Source: Capsulimonadaceae bacterium
Lineage (GTDB): Bacteria > Armatimonadota > Armatimonadia > Armatimonadales > Capsulimonadaceae
Assembly (NCBI GenBank): GCA_965215505.1
Contig: OZ244065.1
Coordinates: 1,888,001-1,952,000, forward strand
Direction of reading: 5' to 3'
DNA length: 64,000 nt
A model generated the notes under the pieces. The model was not told the DNA's origin. It did not search any database and saw only the letters and a list, made by a program, of their open reading frames with translations. Shown piece after piece: positions 51,816-61,371 of the stretch (its first letter is position 1; every line of letters starts with the position of its first letter). The position numbers were made by a program, and so were the translations under genes.

Positions 51816-52393
51816 TTCGGGTCCTGTTCGGTGGGAAAGTTCAGGTGCATCCGGCTGGCCGTCGGCACGGCCTGGCCTTTGTATTTGCTGTCCAGTGACG
51901 GGTGGCCATAAGGCCGGTCGGCAGCCGTGGTCATGGCGAAGAACGAGATCTGGCCGACCTTCATGCCGGGGTACAGGCGGATGGGCAGGTTGGCGACGTT
52001 GGAGAGTTCCAGCGTGACGCTGCCTTCAAATCCTGGGTCAATAAATCCGGCCGTGGCGTGGACGATCAGCCCGAGCCGGCCCAGGCTGGACTTGCCGCCG
52101 AGCTGGGCGGCGATGTCGCTGCCAAGCCCGATGCGCTCGACGGTGCTGCCGAGGATGAATTCGCCGGGGTGGACGATGAACGGCTCATCGTCGGCGACCT
52201 CGATCATCTCGGTCAGGTCCTGCTGGCGGTCTTTGGGGTCAATGCACGAGTATTTGTAGTTGCGGAAGACCAGGAAGCGGCCGTCGAGGCGAATGTCAAC
52301 GGAGGCGGGCTGCACGAGCGATTCGTCGTAGGGGGTGATGGCGATGCGCCCGGCGGCGACGGCTTCTTTGATGCTGCGGTCGGATAGGATCAT
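51812..52393 (-). CDS. dcd: dCTP deaminase
   Basis: MILSD, QPASVD, GKSSLGRLGL.VH.TAGFIDPGFEG..TLE, SKYKGQ. Confidence 0.96.
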   Translation of the reverse strand: MILSDRSIKEAVAAGRIAITPYDESLVQPASVDIRLDGRFLVFRNYKYSCIDPKDRQQDLTEMIEVADDEPFIVHPGEFILGSTVERIGLGSDIAAQLGGKSSLGRLGLIVHATAGFIDPGFEGSVTLELSNVANLPIRLYPGMKVGQISFFAMTTAADRPYGHPSLDSKYKGQAVPTASRMHLNFPTEQDPK

Positions 52394-52404
52394 AATGGAG
52401 GCCA

Positions 52405-52522
52405 CCACGGGTTGAAACCCGAGGCTGAGAAGTGCCCACCGCCTTCCAGGTCTGCCAGTGCAGTCCAGGGGACGGAAGAGACGGAAGATGAGAGATGGAC
52501 GGCGGGGGGACCCCGCCCCTAC
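52405..52522. repeat. composite REP, direct repeat of 47976-48092
   Basis: same three conserved blocks as 47976-48092. Confidence 0.8.
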
Positions 52523-52559
52523 GTCGTGTCTGCGCTGCCTTCCAGTGCTACGTCGGGTG

Positions 52560-53042
52560 TCATTCGGGTGATGCCCCTTCGGATCTGAGGCTCTTCCTCA
52601 GCCAGCGGAAGCGGGGGCCGGACATGGCGGGGACGTCCTCGAAGCCGACGGCACGGGCGCAGGCGGCGGCGGGGGCGTTGTCGCGGCCGACGCGAAGCCA
52701 GACCTCCGGGTAGGGGCGGCTGGCGGCGAGGAAGGCGCAGAGCCGGGACAGGAAGGCCTGGCCGACGCCGGCCGCGCGCAGGTCGGGGGCGACCAGGAGG
52801 TGCTGTATCTCCACGTCCTGCTCGACGGTGTCCTCGACGATCTCGGCGTAGGCGGCGAGGTCGCCGTCGCGGCGGAGGGTGAAGGCGAAGTCAGCCTCGT
52901 AGGTCCAGGCGGCGACCTGATCGGCGGTCAGGGGGAACTCGTCGGAGGCGGTCAGGGCGCGGGCATCCTCGGGGGTCGCCGCCCAGCTCGCGATCAGCTC
53001 GGCCTCGGGCATGGCGAGCGGGCGCATCTCAAATGCCGGCAT
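52560..53042 (-). CDS. GNAT N-acetyltransferase
   Basis: LLVAPDLRAAGVGQ, N..A......VGF. Confidence 0.75.
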   Translation of the reverse strand: MPAFEMRPLAMPEAELIASWAATPEDARALTASDEFPLTADQVAAWTYEADFAFTLRRDGDLAAYAEIVEDTVEQDVEIQHLLVAPDLRAAGVGQAFLSRLCAFLAASRPYPEVWLRVGRDNAPAAACARAVGFEDVPAMSGPRFRWLRKSLRSEGASPE

Positions 53043-53556
53043 CGCTCTCCCTATCGCTTTCGGCGGTCTCAGTCGTGGCTTCGGCAAGGTCAGCCCCGCG
53101 CGGGTGGCGGGCGAGGGCGCCGAGGACGCCGTTGACGAAGCGGCCCGACTCGGCCGTGCTGTACTTCTTCGCCAGCTCAACGGCCTCATTGACGACGGCG
53201 GCGACGGGAGCATCAGGGCGGTAAAGTAATTCATAGGCGGCGAGGCGCAGGAGATTCCTATCCACGGCGGCCTGCCGGTCGGGCGTCCAGTCGGGGGTCA
53301 GGGCGGTGATGCGGCCGTCAATCTCGGCCAGGTGGTCCAGAGTGCCGCGCACCAGTTCTTCCGAGTACAAGCGGTTCGCGCCTTCCAGCTTGGACTGGCC
53401 GAGGGCGGCTTCGATCACCTCATCGGTGGGCTGCTTGCCGAGGTCGAGCTGGAACAGCATCCGCAAGGCAAGCTCGCGGGCCTCGCGGCGCGTGTTGCGG
53501 CTCTCGCCGTGCGTGTAGTGGTGTTCCGGGTGTGGGTTAGTGCCGTCAGGTGTCAT
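53029..53556 (-). CDS. nusB: transcription antitermination factor NusB
   Basis: RREARELAL..LFQ, DRNLLRLA.YE, NEAVELAKKY....SGRFVNGVL. Confidence 0.96.
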   Translation of the reverse strand: MTPDGTNPHPEHHYTHGESRNTRREARELALRMLFQLDLGKQPTDEVIEAALGQSKLEGANRLYSEELVRGTLDHLAEIDGRITALTPDWTPDRQAAVDRNLLRLAAYELLYRPDAPVAAVVNEAVELAKKYSTAESGRFVNGVLGALARHPRGADLAEATTETAESDRESDAGI

Positions 53557-53903
53557 CTTGGGATTATTGTACCCGAACGCCGCGCCGGTTTTGCCGGTTT
53601 CCGATGCGCGATTCGATGCCGGGTGCTGCGCCGGGGTTTGCGCCAGCGCATGGGGGGTGGGTCGCGCAGGGACAGCAGCAGGAAGGCGAGGGCAGTCATG
53701 CCGAGGAACAGGAAGGCAGCGGCGTAGCCGTCGTCGGGGTGGACCGAGTCGGGCGCGAAGTGGGCCTGCTTGAAGAGGGCAACGCGTGTGAAGTGGACAA
53801 AGCCCCAGACGCAGAGGACGAGCGCCAGCCCGGCCCCGGCGGGGACGACGAGGCGCGGAAGGTCGGAGAGGCGGCGTGGCGGGCGGCGGCGGGGCTTGGG
53901 CAT
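53553..53903 (-). CDS. small basic membrane protein
   Basis: 2 TM segments; stop overlaps nusB start. Confidence 0.5.
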   Translation of the reverse strand: MPKPRRRPPRRLSDLPRLVVPAGAGLALVLCVWGFVHFTRVALFKQAHFAPDSVHPDDGYAAAFLFLGMTALAFLLLSLRDPPPMRWRKPRRSTRHRIAHRKPAKPARRSGTIIPR

Positions 53904-53929
53904 CTCAGTTGTGGCGTGGCCTTCCCCTG

Positions 53930-54388
53930 TCACGGTGCGGCCAGCACGTCGGCGGGCGTCAGGACGGCCAGGCCCGGCACGAGAGGCATGAACCGGGTGA
54001 AGTCGGTTGGGTTCCAGGTGAGGACTTTCCCAATGCCGGAAACGATGCAGACAGCAACAAGGCGCGTGTCGTGGACCTGCTTGCCGGACACTCCGGCGCG
54101 GCGGCACAGGTCGCGCCAGACGGCATGAAAGCCGTCCTCGGGGAGCATTCGGAAGAGAAGGCCGAAGCGGTCGAGTTCGGCGTCCACTTCGGCAATCGTC
54201 AGACCCAGGCCGTTGACGTTGAGGGGCCGAGTGCCAACGCTGCGGAACTCCACGAAGTTCTGCGGTGCGGCACGCGGGGTCTCGCCCGCGTCCGTCAGGC
54301 GATCCCGGGCTGCCTGCGTGGCCGCCGCTCGCGGGTCGTTGGGGCTAGTCAAACGCAGCAGGCAGGACGTGTCTACAAGGATACTCAA
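53930..54388 (-). CDS. PIN-domain (VapC-type) toxin
   Basis: ILVDTS.L, QNFVEF, GKQVHDTRLVA, LTWNPTDF.RF. Confidence 0.9.
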   Translation of the reverse strand: MSILVDTSCLLRLTSPNDPRAAATQAARDRLTDAGETPRAAPQNFVEFRSVGTRPLNVNGLGLTIAEVDAELDRFGLLFRMLPEDGFHAVWRDLCRRAGVSGKQVHDTRLVAVCIVSGIGKVLTWNPTDFTRFMPLVPGLAVLTPADVLAAP

Positions 54389-54672
54389 CGTCCGTCATCC
54401 CCATAGATGCTCTCGCGGCTTGTGGCTTCCTGCGACAGGGCGACGCCGCGCGCCGGTCCAGGCCGACGCAGGAGCGCTTTCCATTCCGGCGAGCCTTGGC
54501 GCAATGGGGTCGGCACTGAGGGACTGCTTGAAGATGGCCCCGCTAATTCGGTGACCTGCTCCGGCGTGATGAGGCCAGCGTCGAACAAGGCGGCGGCGGC
54601 TTTCCGTAATTTTTCTTGATACGCTGCGTCGGCCTGAGCGGGGTTGGTAGGAATGTTCAGCGTGAGTGTCAT
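54385..54672 (-). CDS. cognate antitoxin
   Basis: MTLTLNIP; C-terminal LSQEATSRESIY; 4-nt overlap with vapC. Confidence 0.75.
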   Translation of the reverse strand: MTLTLNIPTNPAQADAAYQEKLRKAAAALFDAGLITPEQVTELAGPSSSSPSVPTPLRQGSPEWKALLRRPGPARGVALSQEATSRESIYGDDGR

Positions 54673-54705
54673 TGGTGCGGCTCCGTTTCGGACGTAGGCG
54701 GATCA

Positions 54706-54993
54706 CTATTTAGGATTCGGAGAGCGGTCTTGTGGGCGGAAGCTTTCATCTCCATCAAGCCTATAAAGGTCTGAGGACAGCCTTTTCACGCGCTGTATTT
54801 CGGCCGCGTTCAGGTGAAGCCCAGGCGCGTCCATCTTCTCGCGCAGCCGCTCGGCTTCGTCTTCATCACCATGACGCATGGCATCGTGTAACGAGATTAA
54901 CAGATCGACGTACTGCTCGAAATAAAGATTCTCATGGAAGGGCTTGTGTTCTACTTCTTGCTGCATGAGCATCGCCCTTACAATCTTCGGCAC
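54706..54993 (-). CDS. hypothetical helical protein
   Basis: open frame, same strand; start uncertain. Confidence 0.45.
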   Translation of the reverse strand: MPKIVRAMLMQQEVEHKPFHENLYFEQYVDLLISLHDAMRHGDEDEAERLREKMDAPGLHLNAAEIQRVKRLSSDLYRLDGDESFRPQDRSPNPK

Positions 54994-55085
54994 ATCAGAA
55001 CGTCAACGCTTCGGCGCATCCCCGAGGCTTGTCTGGATGATACCCGAAAGGGTCGGGAAAAGAGGGCCTGGATAGGGGGCCGTTC

Positions 55086-56699
55086 TTATGAGTTGTCCCC
55101 ATTGATCGTTCTTGCCAGGTCTTCTTGCTGCTGTCGTTTGCGCTTCAGGTCGGCCAGTTTCAGATTGTAGGCATCAACTTCCGCGTTGAACTTTTGCGTC
55201 GATTGTTGGTAGGAGGTGAGTTCATCGTTTGTTGAATTGACGAACCGATTGAAGTCATCGATTGATTCTTGACTGGATTGGTCTATCGCCAGCCGCTTAC
55301 TGTCAACCAGATTGGAGTCAGACAGCCACTTGGCACGTTGTGCGTCGACGGTCACCTTATCCGCGTCGATCTGTGAACTTTCGAGCGTTACTTCTTTTTG
55401 CTCCTTGTCCACTTCTATCTGCAATCGCTTGTTTTCGGCGATTTGTGCGGGCGTCGCATAGGTATGGGGAATACTCCCACGTCCATGAACGATGTAAAAA
55501 TCCCAGGTGAATTTTCCGCCGCTCAGGAAAGCCTTAGACCCGAATGCAGGCTCAACATCTGGCGCGGCCGCGTTGTAGGAGTAGACGTTGGCTGGCACAT
55601 GAAAATCTTTCGTTGTTTTTGGGGCAACGTCGATCTCCGGCAACCGACTGAGATGCAGGTAGAGATGTTTATCAGTGGAGTTGGTAATTTCAAGTAGGGG
55701 CGGGTCCGCTGTCCCTGTCGCTTGCGCGAGAAAGTTGGCAGTATTTTCGCGGTGAGGCGTATAGTGGACAGAAAGCCAAGAGGCAGGCACCCATCCCTGA
55801 TGACCTGAGCTGAACTGAATAACATTGAGCCAGCCACTTGAGTTGTCACGAGAAACCAGGACTGTCAAGTCGCCCGCATTTAATGTAGCGATCTTCGCGG
55901 CGGAGGGGCTTGGTGCCGAGTAGAGAGTGGTACTGTGCGTGACAATGCCGCTGTCAACGTGCGTCAAAGGTGATTGCCAGTGGGTGGGCGCAGGGGCAGA
56001 CTGATGTCGAGTGGCTGCCGCCGAAACTGGCTTGAGCCTTTTAGCACCCGTGGACATCGCCGAATGCGATGGGGCCGCCGATTTGGACGGCAGTGGCTCA
56101 CGCCGTGGCAGGGCTGTCGGTCGGAGTGGGACGAGTTCTGGCGTTGTGAGTGGGACAACGCTGGATGAATGAGGGGCAGAGCGAGCTGGGCCGGGTGACG
56201 CGGTCACCGTGGGGTTAGCGGCTGTGTAGTCTTCAATGAAACGATCCACAGAGATACCAACAGCCTGATTGATCATCGAACTCAGACCCTGGCTGTCGGA
56301 AATCCCTAATGATCCATTCGTCCAAGTGACAGCTAGCTCAGACGTAGGTTTCTCCCGTTGGACCGTCACATCCTCTTTGAGTTCCACTTCGACACAAAAT
56401 GCATAACCCAATGTGCCGTTTCTTATTGTGTTAATAACGACACGGAGTTCATAGGGGACAGATGGCGTCGCGTCGGCTGAGACAGGAATTCTAGCGTTAC
56501 TCAGCCGATTAAGAACATCCCCCTTGATGTTACCAACGACGACTCCGTCCGCTTCTGCATCTGCATCCACATCACTCACAGAAACCTTAAAACTCGGTAG
56601 CCTGACGAGTGTCTTCGCGTCATCAGAAAGAGATGCGCCCCGGACCTGGGTGGCAGCACAGGAAAACACCAAAAGAACGGCGAACAAAAAAGACTTCAC
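55086..56699 (-). CDS. secreted multi-domain protein with SH3-like domain and C-terminal coiled coil
   Basis: signal peptide; LYSAPS...I..L..GD...GWLNV....G.QGWV; helical tail; lower GC. Confidence 0.7.
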   Translation of the reverse strand: MKSFLFAVLLVFSCAATQVRGASLSDDAKTLVRLPSFKVSVSDVDADAEADGVVVGNIKGDVLNRLSNARIPVSADATPSVPYELRVVINTIRNGTLGYAFCVEVELKEDVTVQREKPTSELAVTWTNGSLGISDSQGLSSMINQAVGISVDRFIEDYTAANPTVTASPGPARSAPHSSSVVPLTTPELVPLRPTALPRREPLPSKSAAPSHSAMSTGAKRLKPVSAAATRHQSAPAPTHWQSPLTHVDSGIVTHSTTLYSAPSPSAAKIATLNAGDLTVLVSRDNSSGWLNVIQFSSGHQGWVPASWLSVHYTPHRENTANFLAQATGTADPPLLEITNSTDKHLYLHLSRLPEIDVAPKTTKDFHVPANVYSYNAAAPDVEPAFGSKAFLSGGKFTWDFYIVHGRGSIPHTYATPAQIAENKRLQIEVDKEQKEVTLESSQIDADKVTVDAQRAKWLSDSNLVDSKRLAIDQSSQESIDDFNRFVNSTNDELTSYQQSTQKFNAEVDAYNLKLADLKRKRQQQEDLARTINGDNS

Positions 56700-56753
56700 T
56701 CCAGCAAAAACCTTTCTCTATTTTCTGAACTCTCACCTTCGGTATTTGGCGCG

Positions 56754-57356
56754 TTAGTTCTGGGCGGTCTTGCACCGCCGCGCCATCCCCAACCCGACCA
56801 ACCCGAGTACTAGTAGGAGGCCGAACGAGGCTATCGTCGAGGCTTCGGGGACGGCAGGGGTAGCACTGATGTTAGTCACGAAGAGAGCACTGTTTGGTGC
56901 CCCTCCGGCAAAATAGACGAACGTGGATGCTGATCCAGCTGTCTCAGTGAACGAGTAATGCACCCCCAATTCTTGTGGGATTGTAGATAGTTGTAGGGGA
57001 ATTACCTGGTTATTGGCATCTGCCACGGAGAAGTAAAGCCGGTTGTCCCCGCCGCCATCTGAGTTCACGTCGAACTGATACACATAGTCTTGGCCCGGTA
57101 TGGTAGTGATCGTTTGCTTAAAGTCAGGGACGATGATGCCTGGATTGCCATTGACGATGCCGAATACGCCACTGTTAGAGAAGTACAGGTCGCCGTTCTG
57201 GACATAAGCATGCAGGTTCTGGCTGGCCCCACCGTCCTGTAAAATCCAGCCATTGGGGTCGAGAAGATTGCCGGGCACCTGGGCAACAGCCGCGCGCGAA
57301 CATAAGAACAGACCTAGGGCGGCAAAGCCGAGGCTCGCCGATTTTGAGAAGTGCAT
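56754..57356 (-). CDS. PEP-CTERM-like secreted protein
   Basis: signal peptide; AVPEASTIASFGLLLVLGLVGLGMARR. Confidence 0.85.
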   Translation of the reverse strand: MHFSKSASLGFAALGLFLCSRAAVAQVPGNLLDPNGWILQDGGASQNLHAYVQNGDLYFSNSGVFGIVNGNPGIIVPDFKQTITTIPGQDYVYQFDVNSDGGGDNRLYFSVADANNQVIPLQLSTIPQELGVHYSFTETAGSASTFVYFAGGAPNSALFVTNISATPAVPEASTIASFGLLLVLGLVGLGMARRCKTAQN

Positions 57357-57491
57357 TATGTCGTTTCCTTTCTTGGGGGAGAGTGTGCTTTAGGCCCACA
57401 ATTGCTATCAGCCTGTGCATTGCTCATGCACACAGCCGGCCGACGGAAACGCGCGTGTTTCAGCCCGTCCCATTTTAATGGTAAAAGAGTA

Positions 57492-57514
57492 CCCTGCAAA
57501 AATCATGCCAAGTA
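57492..57514 (-). promoter_or_regulatory. sigma54-type promoter (-24/-12)
   Basis: TGGCAT-GATTT-TTGCA, close to TGGCAC-N5-TTGCW consensus. Confidence 0.7.
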
Positions 57515-57603
57515 CCAATACCAGCCGCTTTTTGAGCGGCGAATATTGCCGCGCCGGACGTTCCTTTAGGAACATCCGTTGCTCTCTGCGAAGAGCGCTC
57601 ATG

Positions 57604-58950
57604 CTACGGGTCCACATGGGTCTGGAGGAACTTGGTGTTGAGGTCGCCTTTGCGGAAGAGGGCGTTGGCGAGGATCTTCTTATGATATTCTAAGTCGGTC
57701 TTGACGCCGCCGATCTCGACTTCATCCAAAGCGCGCTGCATGCGGTTGATGGCGGCGTCGCGGGTGTCGTCCCAGGCGATGATCTTGGCGAGCATGGAGT
57801 CGTAGTAGGGGGGGACGTCGTAGCCGGCGAAGACGTGGGTGTCGATGCGGACGCCCAGGCCGCCGGGGAGGCGTAGGGAGGTGATCTTGCCGGCGCTGGG
57901 GGCGAAGTCGCGGGCGGGGTCGCGGGCGGTCAGGCGGACCTCGATAGCGTGGCCGCGCCACTGGACGTCGCGCTGGCCGAAGGAGAGTTTTTCGCCCTGG
58001 GCGACTTTGATCTGCCACTTGACGAGGTCCACGCCGGTCACCATCTCGGTGATGGGGTGCTCGATCTGGAGGCGGGTGTTCATCTCCATGAAGTAGAAAT
58101 GGCCGTCGGAGGCGACGATGAACTCGACGGTGCCGGCGCTGGTGTAGCCCGCCGCCCTGGCGGCCTTGACGGCGGCCTCGCAGACGCGCTTGCGGACGTT
58201 CGGGTCGAGGTGCGGGGCGGGGGCCTCCTCGACCATCTTCTGGTAGCGCTGGGTCTGGAGGGAGCAGTCGCGCTCGCCGAGGTGGAGGACGGTGCCGTGT
58301 TCGTCGGCGAGGATCTGGACCTCGATGTGGCGGAAGGTCTCGATAAACTTCTCGATGTAGACGTCGGCGTTGCCGAAGGAGGACTCGGCCTCGACCTGGG
58401 CGGTCTTCAAGATCTTGGGGAACTCTTCTTCGTTCTGGACCACGCGGATGCCGCGCCCGCCCCCCCCGCCGGCGGCCTTGATCATGACGGGGAAGCCGAT
58501 CTTGGAGGCGACCTTGGCGGCCTCGGCGGGGTCGCGCAGGGCGGTGTTCGTGCCGGGGACGATGGGGACTCCGGCCTTCTCCATGGTGGCGCGGGCCTCG
58601 ATCTTGTCGCCCATCATCTCGATGGCACGGACGGGCGGGCCGATGTATTTGAGGCCGATGGCGTCGCACATCTCGGCGAACGAGGCGACCTCGGCCAGAA
58701 AGCCGATGCCGGGGTGGACGGCGTCGCAGCCGGTGATGACGGCGGCGCTGAGGATGTTTGGCGTGTTGAGGTAGGAGCCTTTGCGCTCGGGCGGCCCGAT
58801 GCAGACGGCCTCGTCGGCGAGCCGGACGTGGAGCGAGTCGGCGTCGGCCTGGGAGTAGACGGCGACGGTGGCGATCTTCATTTCGCGGGCGGCGCGGATG
58901 ACGCGGACGGCGATGTCGCCCCGGTTGGCGATCAGGATTTTTTTGAACAT
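57604..58950 (-). CDS. accC: acetyl-CoA carboxylase biotin carboxylase subunit
   Basis: KKILIANRG, GGGGRG, RHIEVQ, ERDCS.Q, EMNTRLQIEH, PPYYDSMLAK. Confidence 0.96.
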   Translation of the reverse strand: MFKKILIANRGDIAVRVIRAAREMKIATVAVYSQADADSLHVRLADEAVCIGPPERKGSYLNTPNILSAAVITGCDAVHPGIGFLAEVASFAEMCDAIGLKYIGPPVRAIEMMGDKIEARATMEKAGVPIVPGTNTALRDPAEAAKVASKIGFPVMIKAAGGGGGRGIRVVQNEEEFPKILKTAQVEAESSFGNADVYIEKFIETFRHIEVQILADEHGTVLHLGERDCSLQTQRYQKMVEEAPAPHLDPNVRKRVCEAAVKAARAAGYTSAGTVEFIVASDGHFYFMEMNTRLQIEHPITEMVTGVDLVKWQIKVAQGEKLSFGQRDVQWRGHAIEVRLTARDPARDFAPSAGKITSLRLPGGLGVRIDTHVFAGYDVPPYYDSMLAKIIAWDDTRDAAINRMQRALDEVEIGGVKTDLEYHKKILANALFRKGDLNTKFLQTHVDP

Positions 58951-58991
58951 AATGGTTGGGACCCGTCCCGCGATCTGTCGCGGGGCGGGGT

Positions 58992-59594
58992 TCATTCGCC
59001 CGTGTCCCCGCTGGCCGGGATGCTGCCGCCCCCGGTCGGTGGGAGGGTGACGCCGCCCGGCCCGCGCGCCGCCCCACCGGGGGTGGCGGGGGAACCGGCG
59101 GCGGGTGCCTGGGGCGCGTTGGGGCCGACGACGAGCGGCGCACCAGGGGGAGGCGGCGGGGCGGCGGGCGGGGCGGGACCCGCGCCGAGGACGACGGGCG
59201 GGGCGCCCAGGGCGGCACGGCCATGGCCGATCTCGGTGACAGTGCCGGTCGCGGGGTCGAGCTGGAACTGGCATCCGGGGGCGCGGATGACGTCGTCGCC
59301 GATGCCGCCGGACTTTTTCAGATCGTCGAAGGTCTGCGGCGGGTGGTCATTGTGGTCCTGCTTGTACATGGTCGAGGCCATGTTGAGCTGCGCCTGGTAC
59401 TCGCTGCATGCCGTCCCGTAGGCCTGCTGCTCGGCGGCGGGTGCGCCGTTGTGGGAGCCGGCCTGGGGCTTCAGTATCTTGGTGTAGTACCAGGCGGAGA
59501 GGATGGCGACGATCACGAGCGAGACGAGCAGGCCGACCAGGGACCACTGGCCGCGCCGGAGTGCGGCGGGGCGGGCGGGGGCTTTGCGGGACAC
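58992..59594 (-). CDS. pilin/pseudopilin-like protein with Pro-rich tail
   Basis: RRG|QWSLVGLLVSLVIVAIL hydrophobic N-terminal helix; Cys pair. Confidence 0.55.
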   Translation of the reverse strand: MSRKAPARPAALRRGQWSLVGLLVSLVIVAILSAWYYTKILKPQAGSHNGAPAAEQQAYGTACSEYQAQLNMASTMYKQDHNDHPPQTFDDLKKSGGIGDDVIRAPGCQFQLDPATGTVTEIGHGRAALGAPPVVLGAGPAPPAAPPPPPGAPLVVGPNAPQAPAAGSPATPGGAARGPGGVTLPPTGGGSIPASGDTGE

Positions 59595-59627
59595 GGGCGT
59601 ACTCCTTGGGTGCTATGGCTCGGGGCG

Positions 59628-60062
59628 CTAGGCGGCGAGCCGGAAGAGGGCCTGGCCATACTCGACGGGTGCGCCGTCCTCGACCAGCACGTCGGTGACA
59701 CGCCCGCTCTCGTCGGCGACCACGTCGTTCATCAGCTTCATGGACTCGATGCAGCCGATGACCTGGCCGGGGCGGACGGCGGCGGCGTAGGGCAGCGGCG
59801 GATCGGCGTGGTGGAAGATGCCGACCATGGGCGCGAGGAGCAGCCGGGCCTCCTCGGGCGCGACCTCCGGCGTCCCCCCGGAGTCCGGGGCGGGCGCGAC
59901 TTCCGTCGGGGCGGGCGGCGCGGCGGCCCCCGTGAGGGCGGGCGGGGCGGCGTGGAGCGCGCGGCGGGCGCACACGCGCCGGCCGTCCTGCTCCACGGTG
60001 ATCTCGGAAACGGGGTATTCGCCCATGAGGGCCACGATCTGCTCGACAAGGTCCAGGTTCAT
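59628..60062 (-). CDS. accB: biotin carboxyl carrier protein
   Basis: APMVG.F, IESMKLMN biotinylation motif, VEYGQ.LF. Confidence 0.9.
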   Translation of the reverse strand: MNLDLVEQIVALMGEYPVSEITVEQDGRRVCARRALHAAPPALTGAAAPPAPTEVAPAPDSGGTPEVAPEEARLLLAPMVGIFHHADPPLPYAAAVRPGQVIGCIESMKLMNDVVADESGRVTDVLVEDGAPVEYGQALFRLAA

Positions 60063-60121
60063 TGGGGGGGATGATACCCGAAAACCGGGGCGCAAGAAAA
60101 GGGGGAGCAAGAAGAGGCAAG

Positions 60122-60152
60122 AAAAAGGGGGCGCGACGGATCGCGCCCCCTG
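60122..60152 (-). terminator. intrinsic terminator
   Basis: GGGGGCGCGA-TCCG-TCGCGCCCCC followed by U5 on minus strand. Confidence 0.7.
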
Positions 60153-60165
60153 TCCCTGCGCCCCC

Positions 60166-61341
60166 TCAGATCTTGAGCTTGAAGCAGGCGTACTCGATGA
60201 CGCGCATGACCTGGGAGAGCAGGACGATGCCGAGGGCGAAGACGAACACCCAGGCGATGAGGGCGTAGGCGCTGTTGTGCAGGGCGGGGATGCCGGTCGG
60301 GTCGGCGACGCCGAGCGTGAAGCGCCGGGTCAGGTCGTCCAGGCCCAGCAGGATCTTGTTGACCACGGCGTTGAGGACGGGGAACTGCCAGACCAGGAGG
60401 CCGGGCACGGCGATGAGGGCGGCGACGGTGAGCGCCTTGTGCTTCTGCCGCTGGTGTTCGTTGTAGATGATGCAGTTACGGCACCGCTCGGCCTTGGCCG
60501 CAGGCGACAGGTTCTTGCGCGGGCCGGCGAGCGCGTCGTTCTGGTGGGCGCGGGCCATCTGGTCCTTCCAGTCAGGGGCGATCATGGCCTGGAGAACGAT
60601 GCGCTCCTCGCACATGCAGCCCTCCTTGTACCACCAGCAGGGGCCTCTGCGCCTGATGTGGATGGGGCACTTGGCGCGGATGTGGTCGCGGCAGTAGGGA
60701 CCCTCCCAGCAGCGGCCCAGGAAGACCTGGCGCTGCTTGGACTTCGGCTGGGTCTTGGTGCCCGCGCCGTATTTGGCGTTGGCGCGCTGGATGGCGGCGA
60801 CGTCGGCGGCGGCGGCGACGCGCCGGACCAGCTCGACGATGGTCCAGAGCGCGCCGGGCACGGCGAACATCCAGGCGAGGCTCTGGAAGTCGGCCACGAC
60901 GGTGGTGCTGGCGTTGCTGGCGGTGATCCTCTTCACCGGGTAGATCTGGTTCGCCAGGAAGGACGGCCCGGCGTAGAACAGGGCGGCCGCGCCGAGCAGC
61001 CAGTAGCCGATGCCTTCCACCTGGGCGCAGGAGGTCAGCAGGGCGGCGAGCATGAGGAGGCTGGAGGCCTGGAGCAGATGGAAGACGAGGTTTATGTTGT
61101 CGAGCTGCAAGGCCCGGCGGGCGGCGGGAAGCTGGCCCATCGCCTGGTGCGACCACGCGCCGCTGAGAAGCCCCCAGTTCAAATAGAGGGTCAGCAGGAT
61201 GGTGACGAGGGCGGCAGGGCCGAGGACGCGGCGGGCGAACTCGTCGAGCTTGGGGGTGCCCGTCCCCTTTCCCTTCTTCACGGGGCGCCGGGCGGCGGGC
61301 AGCGGCGCTTCGGTCAAATCAATACGTTCGGGCATGGGCAC
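60166..61341 (-). CDS. polytopic membrane protein with Cys-rich soluble domain
   Basis: ~6 TM helices; CWEGPYC...CP...CWW...GCMC...CRNC. Confidence 0.75.
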   Translation of the reverse strand: MPMPERIDLTEAPLPAARRPVKKGKGTGTPKLDEFARRVLGPAALVTILLTLYLNWGLLSGAWSHQAMGQLPAARRALQLDNINLVFHLLQASSLLMLAALLTSCAQVEGIGYWLLGAAALFYAGPSFLANQIYPVKRITASNASTTVVADFQSLAWMFAVPGALWTIVELVRRVAAAADVAAIQRANAKYGAGTKTQPKSKQRQVFLGRCWEGPYCRDHIRAKCPIHIRRRGPCWWYKEGCMCEERIVLQAMIAPDWKDQMARAHQNDALAGPRKNLSPAAKAERCRNCIIYNEHQRQKHKALTVAALIAVPGLLVWQFPVLNAVVNKILLGLDDLTRRFTLGVADPTGIPALHNSAYALIAWVFVFALGIVLLSQVMRVIEYACFKLKI

Positions 61342-61371
61342 TATCCTTACCGGCCCTGAGTGACCGGCGGG

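Noticed and set aside
57380-57485. c-di-GMP-I riboswitch-like words in the PEP-CTERM leader
   Set aside because: GGGAC and GGCCTAAA fragments are present, but the GCAAA/GNRA architecture and spacing do not fit
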